A stretch of DNA of 33,239 nt from Nemertoderma westbladi (lineage: Eukaryota; Animalia; Xenacoelomorpha), in NCBI GenBank assembly GCA_032718475.1, contig JAUCBJ010002829.1, positions 1 to 33,239 of the forward strand, given 5' to 3'. Shown here piece after piece: positions 10,261-22,660 of this stretch. Made by a program: the position numbers and the translations under genes. Position 1 is the first letter of the stretch. The number at the start of each line of letters is the position of its first letter. The notes under the pieces are model-generated. The model did not search any database and was not told where the DNA came from. It saw only the letters and a list, made by a program, of their open reading frames with translations.

Positions 10261-11883
10261 TACGGAGCCACTAAAGAGGACATTAAACCCTAGTTTTTTA
10301 TTTTTATTTTTTTTATTATTACAGTCGCAAGAAATTAAATGATGCACAAAGCACTAAATAAAATATATGGTAATAAATCCCATATAATATACTATCAAGG
10401 TAACTAAGTAAATGAGGGAGAAGACCGCCTAGAAGCTCTTATAGATGGTCCGAAATACAATTTGATTAAAATATAATTCAAGTTAATTACAGATTAAATA
10501 AAAATAAATTTAGAGAAAATCTATAAAATGATAAGATAAAATAAAAGTTAAGCGCGCAGCTAAAAAAAATTAAAATAATGAACTTTTATATACAGAATAT
10601 TTACATAAATCGGTTAAAATTGCACCATGTTAATATATTGAAGTTACGTAAATTAGTTGTAAAACATTCTAGTGTTCTGGCATTAACAATGTTTTCTGGT
10701 AAAGAATTCCATATAGGCACGACTCTGTTGGAAAAAGAACCTTTACATACCTGTAGCCTAGAATACTGATTAAACAATTTATGGCTGTGACCTCTGAGTC
10801 CTGAGCGTGGAGCTAACTTAAAGAAAGTATCGAAGTTAAGGTCTACTAATTTTCTCTCGATAGAGTAAACCATTTTTAAATCGCAGATAATTCGACGGAC
10901 TTCTAGAGGTTGCAGCTTAAGATATTCCAGTCGTTGTAAATAGGTAATGTCATTACCCAAGTTACATCGAGAAAAAGCCTCCTAGTGAAAAGTATTTGCA
11001 CTCTTTCAATGAGATCAACACTCCCTAACTGGTAAGATGACCCAGGTGTGCAGTACTCCAGTAATGGCCTAACATATGATTTAAACGATAATAGCAAAGC
11101 TTTTAAATTATTAGTACGGAAGCACCGAAAAATCATATTTATTATCTTATATGCTTTAGCGGACTGCTGTCGGCAATTAGTTATCAAACTTTAGGTCCGA
11201 ACAAACAGTAATGCCCAAGTCTCTACATTTACTATCGGCCTTTATTAATTTACCGTTGGGTGTATAACTAGCCTTGCTATTACTTGCACCAATATAAATA
11301 ACCTCACATTTATGAGCTGCAACCTGCAACTGTCAGTCATTGACCCAGCTCCCAAGGGAATCGAGTGATGAGTCCACTAACTGGCTGCTGTCGGTTGGGG
11401 CATATAATTTAACATCATCTGCAAATAATTTAGTGGTAACGTTGCCTAAAATATCCGGTAGGTAATTTATAAATATTACAAATCGCACCGGCCCAAGGAC
11501 ACTTCCCAGAATGGTTCCAGAACGTGCGCTACTTACACCTACCAGATAGACTGTTTCCTACTAAAACGCACTGGGTTCTATTTGATAGAAATGGAGTTAA
11601 CAATGCTAATAGAGCACCTGAGATGCCATAACCATAGATAGCCGTGGAAAAGTCAATATAGATAATGTCAACATTGTTACGTTTATCGACTAAATTATAC
11701 CAGTCTGTAACGCATGTCTTATAATTGAGTGCAGGTGGACCTACGTTTAAGAAAACCATACTGCGACTTAGTTATTAATTTAAGAAATTGATTTTTTATT
11801 TTTCATTGTTTAGTCTACATGTCCGTGGTCTGCTATCTCAAGTATAAAAACGAGGATTTCATGTCCTCTTAGCTCGCTCCGTA
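10261..11883. mobile_element. TIR element with TAC...GTA termini (IS3EU-like MITE) interrupted by a LINE
   Basis: TACGGAGCCACTAAAGAGGACAT pairs imperfectly with ATGTCCTCTTAGCTCGCTCCGTA. The left flank AGAGAG recurs 2 nt after the right end. Confidence 0.65.
10295..11760 (-). mobile_element. 5'-truncated, degenerate CR1-like LINE (RT C-terminus, 3' UTR, A-rich tail)
   Basis: RT motifs YIDFS, GSVLGP, LFADDVKLY, YVRPLLEYC and RGHSHKL...FSNRVVPIWNSLP are spread over several frames. An A-rich tail lies at about 10295-10320. Confidence 0.88.
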
Positions 11884-12026
11884 TAAGAGAGAGAGGCGAG
11901 GCGGGAGGTGTGTTGTGTATGGTGGGGTTTTTTAATTTTAATGTAAGAAAGAAGCCATTCAATATGGCGTCGCGCGGGGTAGAATAAGACTGGGTGTGAT
12001 GAATAATTAAATACTAATACTAACTA

Positions 12027-13835
12027 GCTATTGGTCGCTTCCAGTCGGATGCCGGCTATTTGTCGCTTCCGGTCGGATGCCGGCTATTGGTCGCTTCCAG
12101 TCGGATACCGGCTATTGGTCGCTTCCTGTCGGATGCCGGCTATTGGTCGCTTCCGGTCGGATGCTGGCTATTTGTCGCTTCCGGTCGGATGCCGGCTATT
12201 GGTCGCTTCCAGTCGGATACCGGCTATTGGTCGCTTCCGGTCGGATGCGGGATATTGGTCGCTTCCGGTCGGATGCCGGCTATTTGTCGCTTCCGGTCGG
12301 ATTCCGGCTATTGTTCGCTTCCAGTCGGATGCCGGCTATTGGTCGCTTCCGGTCGGATGCCGGCTATTGGTCGCTTCCGGTCGGATGCCGGCTATTGGTC
12401 GCTTCCGGTCGGATGCCGGCTATTGGTCGCTTCCGGTCGGATGCCGGCTATTGGTCGCTTCCTATCGGATGCCGGCAATTGGTCGCTTCCAGTCGGATAC
12501 CGGCTATTGGTCGCTTCCAGTCGGATACCTTCTATTGGTCGTTTCCGGTCGGATTCCGGCTATTGTTCGCTTCCAGTCGGATACCGGCTATTGGTCGCTT
12601 CCGGTCGGATGCCGGCTATTGGTCGCTTCCGGTCGGATGCCGGCTATTGGTCGTTTCCGGTCGGATGCCGGCTATTGGTCGCTTCCGGTCGGATGCCGGC
12701 TATTGGTCGCTTCCTATCGGATGCCGGCAATTGGTCGCTTCCAGTCGGATACCGGCTATTGGTCGCTTCCAGTCGGATACCGGCTATTGGTCGCTTCCGG
12801 TCGGATGCGGGCTATTGGTCGATTCCGGTCGGATGCCGGCTATTGGTCGCTTCCGGTCGGATTCCGGCTATTGGTCGCTTCCGGTCGGATGCCGGCTATT
12901 GGTCGCTTCCGGTCGGATGCGGGCTATTCGTCGCTTCCGGTCGGATTCCGGCTATTGGTCGCTTCCGGTCGGATGCCGGCTATTGGTCGCTTCCGGTCGG
13001 ATGCGGGCTATTCGTCGCTTCCGGTCGGATGCCGGCTATTGGTCGCTTCCAGTCGGATGCCGGCTATTGGTCGCTTCCGGTCGGATGCCGGCTATTGGTC
13101 GCTTCCGGTCGGATGCCGGCTATTGGTCGCTTCCGGTCGGATGCCGGCTATTGGTCGCTTCCGGTCGGATGCGGGCTATTCGTCGCTTCCGGTCGGATGC
13201 CGGCTATTGGTCGCTTCCGGTCGGATGCCGGCTATTGGTCGCTTCCGGTCGGATGCGGGCTATTCGTCGCTTCCGGTCGGATGCCGGCTATTGGTCGCTT
13301 CCAGTCGGATACCGGCTATTGGTCGCTTCCGGTCGGATGCCGGCTATTGGTCGCTTCCGGTCGGATGCCGGCTATTGGTCGCTTCCGGTCGGATGCCGGC
13401 TATTGGTCGCTTCCGGTCGGATGCCGGCTATTGGTCGCTTCCGGTCGGATGCGGGCTATTCGTCGCTTCCGGTCGGATGCCGGATATTGGTCGCTTCCGG
13501 TCGGATGCCGGCTATTGGTTGCTTCCGGTCGGATGCGGGCTATTCGTCGCTTCCGGTCGGATGCCGGCTATTGGTCGCTTCCAGTCGGATACCGGCTATT
13601 GGTCGCTTCCGGTCGGATGCCGGCTATTGGTCGCTTCCGGTCGGATGCCGGCTATTGGTCGCTTCCAGTCGGATACCGGCTATTGGTGGCTTCCGGTCGG
13701 ATGCCGGCTATTGGTCGCTTCCGGTCGGATGCGGGCTATTCGTCGCTTCCGGTCGGATGCCGGCTATTGGTCGCTTCCGGCCGGATGCCGGCTATTGGTC
13801 GCTTCCGTTCGGATGCCGGCTATTGGTCGCTTCCG
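12027..13835. repeat. GC- and CpG-rich tandem array, 28-bp unit CGGCTATTGGTCGCTTCCGGTCGGATGC, about 64 copies
   Basis: The 28-bp period is read directly, with recurring variant units. Confidence 0.97.
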
Positions 13836-13890
13836 ACCGGGTCCGATATCCCGAGCTCCCGTATTGATTACTATTTATTATTTTGTTCAG

Positions 13891-14058
13891 CGAGTGGCCG
13901 ACCCAGGGTTAATCCCGATCCCGTCGATACAGTCATCGCGTTCGGTACGAAAGTGCGAGCGCCGCGTAGAGCCGCGTTGCGGAACAGTCAAACAGTTAGC
14001 GCTGGATCCACTAGGGGGCCTCAGACAATCACTCCAACCGCAACTACTAAACCCCAAG
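13891..14058 (+). CDS. CFAP20DC: CFAP20DC coding exon 4
   Basis: Acceptor TTTTGTTCAG and donor GTAGGT; 168 nt, phase 1/1. It contains VIAFGTKV, resembling the conserved HIAFGSKV motif. Confidence 0.85.
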
Positions 14059-16026
14059 GTAGGTAGGAGTAAACATATAGTATATGAATAAATGTCAATA
14101 TTTTTGCTCATTCCCATACGGGTACGTGGCATTTTTTCAAATTTCTTTAAGTTTTGTAATTTCAAATCCACAGTGTGAAAATATATCAAATTGAAAGCTA
14201 AATAATTATTTTATAACAATCTTGAGAGTGCCCCACCTGATGTTCGGCTATTATCGAGATATTAAATTTTACATAACAAATTTTATTCACAATTATTAAT
14301 TGTGTCCATTACTGTCACTATAATATCAATTTTTCGTTGCTAACATATTATTTAATTATATTATTTATTATATTTATTTATTTATTATTAATAATATAAT
14401 TAATTAAATTTTAACCCACTTGAAATTTATTTAATATTGATTCTATTATTATGTTTTGTTACGGGACGTCCCGTCAACGCAAGGAACAAAAGAACGAGAA
14501 ATTTTGGAAAATTCAGGAAGCATGGGAAATTTTTGAAAACAGAGTTCTAACGTTTTACCTTATATGGCGAAAATAACTTGTATAACTGTTTGAGTGAGTC
14601 CAATCGTGAATTTATGTTTTTATTTGTTATCAGGTAAACTCAAATTTCCTAAATGGTCACTATGATGGTCCAAAGGGCTTTTTTGTGATACTTCCCCCTA
14701 TAAATTTCTATATCAGCACATAATTTCGTCACGAATGCGACATTTAACCATATTTAAATCGAACATTGATGACATCGGTAACCTGGTAACAAATAATATA
14801 GAAATCAAATGTCATTAAATAAATACCTGTAATACGTGTAACAGTTCTGTAATATTAATAAATAATCGGTTTTAATTTGGTGATTAACGTTGCTTGTTAA
14901 CTAATTGAGTTGGCGCGCGAAAAATTGGTCTAGAAACAATCGAATACGGGGTAACAAGGTGCCCTGAATAGAGTGGCAGGGTGTGTTTTTTGTAAAAACA
15001 CGTGTAAACTGTCGAAGTGGCGGGTTTAAGTAAGCGCGGGAAGCCAATTTTGAAATTCGGCTGTGATTGGATGCTACATATTTGACGTCATTACGCTGTG
15101 CTCTGATAATTTTTTATCTTAGTTTCTATGTATATAGATTTTCGATCCATTCAAATATATATTTAATCTCAAACATTTCACACGTGGCTTATATCAATTG
15201 AAAGCGGAGAGCCCTGCGCATCTTTTGACACTATTAATTAAAGTCATGGTGAGGAACATTGATAAAATGTTGTTCACGATATTGTAAACTCGGCAGTTTG
15301 CCTGTCTACAAGTTTTATTGGTCAATATGCCAAGACCATTTCATTTAACTTACTACTAAATACGTACAGTATGTATACTTTCCATGTATTTACAAAAAAA
15401 ACTCTCAAAAAACTCAAACAGAACAACTAATCTACAAAAACTAGACTGAACAACCCCCCCCCCCCCCCCCCCCCCACTCCCTTAAAAGTAATCTGTTGAA
15501 CTAAATCAGGTTACCACAAAACCTATAAAAAGACAGCAATCTGGCCCTTGTTCAGCATTAGTAAACTGTTTCCTATTTTAACATAGAATCGATAAGATCT
15601 TTAAACTAGAGAACGTTTATACGTTTATTAATTTATTAATATTATTAATTTCACCCACCCAATATCACCAATTCAAGTTATTACAATTTTAGAGTTTGCT
15701 ATTTTCTGCACTGGTTGTTGATTGTCGGTCGGTCGGTGGGTCTGTCAGTCTGTCTTTCGGCAACTGTTTGAAGGCTAATAACCCAGTCGATCGTTATTGA
15801 AATTGAACCAACCGTGGTACACATGTATTCAGTCAAAAGTCTGAAGTATAATTTACGTGGAGAGACTCAGTAGTTCTCCAGACTCCCGCTAAATGGCGTC
15901 CAGTTGTGCTCATACGCTAAGCTTGCTTACTTCAACCGCGCGAAGTTCAACGAAACTGTATTTACCGAATGCAGAACCTATGAGTAAATCGTAGCCGGTG
16001 CAGTCAAACTGTAGATAGGCATACAG

Positions 16027-16116
16027 ACAGCTGTATATCCTAGAATAATTTGGAATTTGTAAAATTAACCACAGCTGTATATCCTAGAATAATTTGGAAT
16101 TTGTAAAATTAACCAC
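16027..16116. repeat. Perfect 44-bp tandem duplication
   Basis: ACAGCTGTATATCCTAGAATAATTTGGAATTTGTAAAATTAACC occurs twice head-to-tail. Confidence 0.95.
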
Positions 16117-16187
16117 GGCGACAGAAAATATATTAAAATGTTGCAGCTGTTCAGTTTCTAGATATTACTTCGCTACTGAGCTGATGA

Positions 16188-16298
16188 ATATGGCCCAAAC
16201 TCAAAAGTGGCCAATACGTTTCCCACACGATTCGACTTAATTATAGAATGATATTTTATTGAATTTTTTTGGCCACTTTTTATGAGTTGGAGCCATAT
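16188..16298. repeat. Small MITE-like inverted repeat
   Basis: ATATGGCCCAAACTCAAAAGTGGCCAA pairs imperfectly with TTGGCCACTTTTTATGAGTTGGAGCCATAT. No TSD is evident. Confidence 0.65.
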
Positions 16299-16447
16299 GT
16301 ACATATTTTATGTGATATTCTCCCGTTGAGTTTTAATTTGCTACATAACAATAGGAATATGATGCCATAATTATACTCACGATGTTTATTTATTGTTTTC
16401 AATAATTAGTTTTTCCCTTTATGGGGCTATTTGCCTATTTGTTATAG

Positions 16448-16543
16448 AATTGAACAGATGCCGAACAAGTCAGGACCGCCGACTAGATTCTAGTTTAATC
16501 ATCCAGAGCTGTCGGAATAGAGGTAGACGATTATCCGAACCAG
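16448..16543 (+). CDS. CFAP20DC: Probable CFAP20DC coding exon 5
   Basis: Acceptor TTGTTATAG and strong donor CAG/GTGAGT; 96 nt, phase 1/1, open frame (ELNRCRTSQDRRLDSSLIIQSCRNRGRRLSEP). Support comes from splice signals and phase, not homology. Confidence 0.65.
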
Positions 16544-16697
16544 GTGAGTTACAATTATTAATGCATTCCATTATTAATAAATAATAATATACTCCAACAC
16601 CTGACTCGTTCTATAGTGTCATTTTCTGATGACACGGACCCCCCCCCCCCCCCCCCCCTCAAATTTTTCTACAAATATTAATCATATTTTCATACTT

Positions 16698-18642
16698 TTC
16701 ATACCCAAACGAAAACAGTATGTGCCATGGCAAAACTCTGAGGTTACTTGTAAGAGAGAAGATCTTAAGATAGCCTACAAAGCTAAAACCGAACAACCAA
16801 CAACCGAAAACATTAACAAGGTTGAGAAAGCTAAGGACGATCTTAAATTGGCCTTTAACATCAGCCAGGAAAAGTACATACAGGATAAAACTGAAGCAAT
16901 TACAACTGCTCATATACAGCAACAATCAAGACTTACCTGGCAAACTGTAAATGAGGTATCTGGTCGGAAAAGTTGTGCAAAGGGGCGCCTCAAAGCCGAT
17001 AGTCCTGAAGAACGTGTTGGGAAGTGGAAAAATCACTTCAGCAACTTGCTTGGGCAGCCACCAAACACCGAGGTCAGCCCTACAGGGAAAATATATGACA
17101 AGACACTACCTATAGAAACAGGGGACTTTACACCTGCCGAACTCCAAAGAAGAATTAAAAGCATGTCCAATAATAAAGCGAGTGGATTAGATGAAATCCC
17201 AGCGGAGGTATGGAAAACCGTAGATTGAATGTTTGCAACCGGATGTTAAAAGGGGAAAAGCCACCACCAATTTGGACTAAAGGTCAACTAAACCCTCTCC
17301 CCAAGAAAGGAGACCTCGGCATACCAATAAACTATCGTGGGATCTGTCTGCTTGTGGTAGGTGCCAAAATATACAATAAAATGATTCTATATAGGATTAG
17401 GCCTCACACGTAGAGAAACTACTGCGTAAGAGCCAAAACGGATTTCGACCAAGTAGATCAACAATAGCTCAGATACTTGCACTACGGAGACTGATTGAAG
17501 GAATTAAGTCAAAGAATCTCCCCGCAGTCATGACTTTTGTGGACTTCAAGAAGGCATTCGAATCCATCCATAGATGGATTCGAAAATGCTTGTGTAAAAT
17601 GCATGGTAAAATGCTTGAAATCCTAAGAGCTTATGGAATACCAGAAGTAATTGTTACTGGCATTGGATTGTTATATTGTGATATAGAAGCGCAGGTACTC
17701 TCACCAGATGGTGAAACTGAGTTTTTCTCAATCCTGGCTGGCGTACTGCAAGGTGACACATTAGCACCATTACTATTTGTAATTGTGCTGGATTACGCAA
17801 TGAGGACGGCCACAAAGGGTGAAGATCTGGGATTCACACTTCAAGAGCGCAGAAGTAGTAGATATCCGGCAACTACAGTCACAGAAACCGACTTTGCGGA
17901 TGACATCGCCCTGCTCTCTAATACCATAGCAGATGCACAGCTTCTACTAAATAAAGTGGAGAGGGCTGCTAAGGAGGTTGGATTGCATATAAATGCTACC
18001 AAGACCGAATTCATGACCTTTAATGTTGATGGAAACTTGACAACCATTGATAATAATCAACTAAGGAATGTCGATGACTTCCAGTACCTTGGATCATGGA
18101 TAGAGAGTAGCAAAAAGGACATAGAAGTTAGGAAAGCAAAGGCTTGGGTAGCTCTATCAAAAATGGATACCATCTGGAAATCAGATCTCTCCAGGCACCT
18201 GAAGACTAAGTTATTTCGAGCCACAGTGGAAAGTGTATTTTTATACGGGGGTGAGACCTGGACACTGACTAAATCACTTGAACAACGAATTGATGGTTGC
18301 TACACAAGACTACTAAGGGCAGCCCTAAACATCAGCTGGAGACAACACATGACAAACGCTGAGCTTTATGGTACAATACCACCTGTATCAACCACCCTCC
18401 GTGAACGCAGATTAAGATTCAGTGGGCACTGCTGGCGAAGTAAAGACGAGGTCATACCAGATCTACTTCTCTGGCAACCAACTCATGGGAAGCGTAGTCG
18501 TGGACGACAGGCCATAACATATATAGATCAACTTGAAAGGGATACTGAACTTGGGAGAAACTTAATTGCGACAACTATGGAGAATCGGGAAGCCTGGAAG
18601 GATCTCATTTCCACTGTCCGAGTTCGCTCGACCTAGTACTAG
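16698..18642 (+). mobile_element. 5'-truncated RTE-clade LINE with a disrupted reverse transcriptase ORF
   Basis: Motifs PKKGDL..NYRGI, QNGFR, FVDFKKAF, GVLQGDTLAP, FADDIALL and FQYLG. There is a frameshift near 17225 and a stop at 17411, and almost no 3' UTR. The 10-bp TSD TTTCATACTT is at 16688-16697 and 18643-18652. Confidence 0.93.
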
Positions 18643-20139
18643 TTTCATACTTGAAATATGAAACTAGTTCAACTAACCGTCGATGAAGCCGGAATTTTAG
18701 ATTTTGACAAAGTGTCTTGCGAAATTAGACCGTTCGCATCGTCGCCATTCTTCACATTAGTAGGAATCTGTTCATGTTATCAGAAAGCTTGCGATGCTTG
18801 TATTCCAAATATGTAACAATGTTTGAATTTGTGATTTAACGAACTTGGTGAATTTTACTGTGATTGAATTATACTGTACCGGTAAATATTAAAGTACTTT
18901 ATATCAATGCGTTGAATGGTAATGAAATACAAATATATGAAATTAAATGTCTTTCCCAAAAAGGTGAAAACTAAGTGAAATTAATATTTTATGGGATTGG
19001 TAAATTAATAAAATACGAAACGAAAATCAACGAAATTTATTACAACGAAACGAAACGAAATTTAAATTTCTTTCGTTTTGTTTCGTTATGTCATCTATGT
19101 GTAAGTAATTTAGAACATAGTAGGGAACTGAGCCCACAGTGTCTGTTTACAGTGTCGGTGTTTTCTAACCAAAGCAATAAACAAAAGTTTTTTTTCAGAT
19201 AAGACCAATTTGCACTGAAATTTTTTATCATTTTTTCACTTTCGGTAAATAATATGCACCACTCTGAGTTTAATATATACGTATTAAGGAATATACAATC
19301 GGTGTAATTGGTAACATACGAATAGCAGTTGTGAATATGGTATAACTATTATATAATGTAAATATAAAGGTGACCAATAACTGCTAATTGAAATAAATAC
19401 AGACATATGGTTAAATTGTGAATTGGTTAAAACTTATACCGGTAAATATAATAAAAAATATTTCCTGAATTACTCAAGCACAAATTACTACAGAGTGGAG
19501 GGCTACACTGTGGAAGATCATCTATGGTAGTCAGCAGACATTGTCATTGCTTGGCTTAATGAACCTAAAAGATTCTCCAATTCATATTCAGATTCTTTCT
19601 TTTGTTTTACACCAAACCAACAGCCTTTGTAGTTTTACACAATTATTTAAGACAATGACAATTGCACGAGAGTGCAGTTGAAAGTGGTGTATAAACAAAC
19701 AGGCGGCAATGTCGTAGAATTTACAGCTCACCGGTCACCATATGAACATAAATCAATCATAATCCAGTTTCATCGCCTCCTGGTTGAAGAGAATTTGGTA
19801 ATCTCGAGGTTAAGGCCTACCCCGACTTACCCGCCTTGAACACCTACAATTCGGCTTATTGAGCCTTTCGTAACATTTTGAGATATCGCAGAGAAGATTC
19901 ACCTCGGATAATGCATTGCCATTTATTGCATTGCATTGCCAACTATTTATATCAAGAGCTCACCTTGTGTGGTATATTTTGTCATTTCTCAAGAGATTGT
20001 ACATCATGTACAATTATGTTGGATGTGAAAAATTTGTTTTTTATGTAATTAATGTATATTGCGTTTTGTAGTAATAAATAAAGCATTAAAACAAGTTGTA
20101 TTCACTAATAAATATATGGGCCGATCAATACAATTAATT

Positions 20140-20693
20140 CTATAGTTCCTCGTGTTGTACATTGAATTGCCTCGCTAGTTCCTCACTCAACCCGCATCGG
20201 AACCCAACGTTGTGGAACGATTCGTGAGGTTCCGCAGGTTTCCTACCCGTAACCCTAGCGATGAGATTAACGCGCCCGTTGTAGGTGTCTAGGTAGGAGC
20301 CTCCGCGCAGCACGTAGTGCTCCTTAAGTCGGAATCGTTTCGGTGTGTTCTTTGTCCGGTACTGGCTGGCTGTCCACTCCCACACGTTCCCTATAAGGTC
20401 GTATAGTCCGTAGTCGTTCTGAGCTCGGAACGCGTTCACCGGGGCCAACCCGTACCAGCCGTCCTCGCGAGTGTTCCCGTTCGGGAACTGCCCTTGCCAC
20501 AGGTTACTTCTGTTCTTCTGGAATCGTCCTCCCCACGGGAACCGTTTGTCCGGTATGTTTCCTCGCGCCGCGTACTCCCACTCCATTTCCGAGGGGAGAC
20601 GCTTCCTCACCCACGCGCAGTACGCGCGGGCGTCGTACCAACTCACTTGGGTCACCGGTTCCATTAGACGTTCCGATATGTTCGTTGGAGTCC
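20140..20693 (-). CDS. SUMF2: Sulfatase-modifying factor 2 (inactive FGE paralogue), exon 2
   Basis: FGE-sulfatase motifs VSWYDARAYC, RLPSEMEWEYAARG, GNVWEW, RGGSY and NVGFRC. YLDTYNGRVN..ARVT replaces the catalytic CxxxxC of SUMF1. The protein ends HEEL. Acceptor ATTCCAG, phase 1. Confidence 0.9.
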
Positions 20694-21225
20694 CTGGAAT
20701 GTAATAAAATGTGTAAAGCGGGGATATAAAGTAGGTTAAAGTTTTTCTAACCAAAACAATAAATTAATCTTTATTTATCGTGATCAGTATTTAATATTAA
20801 GACATGTTGAGCCCTCTTGCGTAATTTTGTATTCGATATATATTAAAGAACCAGTCGCAATTGCTACTATCAGTGCTAGGTCTAGAATTATACTTTGAAA
20901 GTTACCAAGTTACGTTATATTTCGGATAATAATATTTGGTGTTATGATCAGCCACCGCCCCTTATTCACACCCGTGCTTTAAACATATATTCGATCACTG
21001 GTTCGACCATAATTTTGGAAATTCCCCCCTTGGATCCTTAATATCTTCATTGAAAGCCTACGAATAAGTCGTTTCATTTTCATATCGCTTCGAAACAATA
21101 TGATTCCCAATCATTATAATATAAAGAAACGAAAGAACTCCTAAGTCATGATTTTTCGATCGCCAGCGATATAATTATACCACAGGTTAAAGTTTTAATA
21201 AACCAATGTGTTCTTCCGTGAACTT

Positions 21226-21985
21226 GTGAACTCTGTTGTAGGACTCTCTTGTGAACTCTGTTGTGGGACTCTCTTGTGAACTCTGTTGTAGGACTCTCTT
21301 GTGAACTCTGTTGTAGGACTCTCTTGTGAACTCTGTTGTGGGACTCTCTTGTGAACTCTGTTGTAGGACTCTCTTGTGAACTCTGTTGTAGGACTCTCTT
21401 GTGAACTCTGTTGTGGGACTCTCTTGTGAACTCTGTTGTGGGACTCTCTTGTGAACTCTGTTGTAGGACTCTCTTGTGAACTCTGTTGTAGGACTCTCTT
21501 GTGAACTCTGTTGTGGGACTCTCTTGTGAACTCTGTTGTAGGACTCTCTTGTGAACTCTGTTGTAGGACTCTCTTGTGAACTCTGTTGTAGGACTCTCTT
21601 GTGAACTCTGTTGTGAGACTCTCTTGTGAACTCTGTTTTAGGACTCTCTTGTGAACTCTGTTGTAGGACTCTCTTGTGAACTCTGTTGTGGGACTCTCTT
21701 TTGAACTCTGTTGTAGGACTCTCTTGTGAACTCTGTTGTAGGACTCTCCTGTGAACTCTGTTGTAGGACTCTCTTGTGAACTCTGTTGTGGGACTCTCTT
21801 TTGAACTCTGTTGTAGGACTCTCTTGTGAACTCTGTAGTAGGACTCTCTTTTGAACTCTGTTGTAGGACTCTCTTGTGAACTCTGTTGTAGGACTCTCCT
21901 GTGAACTCTGTTGTAGGACTCTCTTGTGAACTCTGTTGTAGGACTCTCTTGTGAACTCTGTTGTAGGACTCTCTTGTGAACTCTG
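21226..21985. repeat. Tandem array, 25-bp unit GTGAACTCTGTTGTAGGACTCTCTT, about 30 copies, in the SUMF2 intron
   Basis: The 25-bp period is read directly. Confidence 0.97.
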
Positions 21986-22660
21986 CTGAACGTGTGAACA
22001 TCCGAAATCCGGAGGTGCATAATTTAATTGATATCTAAAAATAGTTACTCTCACAGAACTTTATATTCTTAAAATTGATTTTTGGATTGACAATCTTAGG
22101 CCTGTACTTAATATAAGTTATAAGCTATATTGATGCCGCTCCTTAATTATACCATGTCCTGGAACTGGAATATTGTGTCGTTATTATTCAGTTACCTGCA
22201 CCCCCCCCCCCCCCCCCCCCCCCCCCCTCCATAATGAGATTGCATGACAGTTGAAACATATAGTTTCAACCCCCCTCATGAGCGTTCGAATGTTGCATGA
22301 TTTTGCACCTGCGCGAGTCTATTTTATTATATTTAATAGGTACACCATGTTCTAGAACATTTTGTTTATCCGTTGAAGAATAACTGCATTTAAGTGGTGT
22401 AATATCAATGGTGACACTTTTTTCAAACGCTTGTAGCTAAAGAATGAAAGCAAAAATACAAATTTTGGCTCACCCAGCAAGGATGAGGGAGGTGAAAATA
22501 TCTCTGAAATTTCATGCAAATTGGGGACTGGGGAGGAACCTGAATACCGACACTATATACCGGCTCATGGTGTATAATGCAATGGTTGCCATCCATTATC
22601 AGCATCATAAGGAATAAACCTACAATTTATCTCAATATTTTATTATAAACCTGATCTAAC

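Noticed and set aside
12031-14091. Three long ORFs (596-686 aa)
   Set aside because: They are artefacts of a stop-free 28-bp repeat read in three frames. Only 13891-14058 is a credible exon.
19013-19087. Inverted (AAACG)n patch as a terminator or ncRNA
   Set aside because: It is a low-complexity degenerate repeat, most likely a transposon remnant.
21187-22054. Repetitive ORFs on the - strand (QQSSQESPTTEFTRE)
   Set aside because: They are translations of a 25-bp tandem repeat inside the SUMF2 intron. The flanking exons join in frame without it.
15454-22227. Recurrent poly-C tracts of about 20-27 nt as functional G-quadruplex elements
   Set aside because: They are simple homopolymers, prone to length error, with no further supporting structure.
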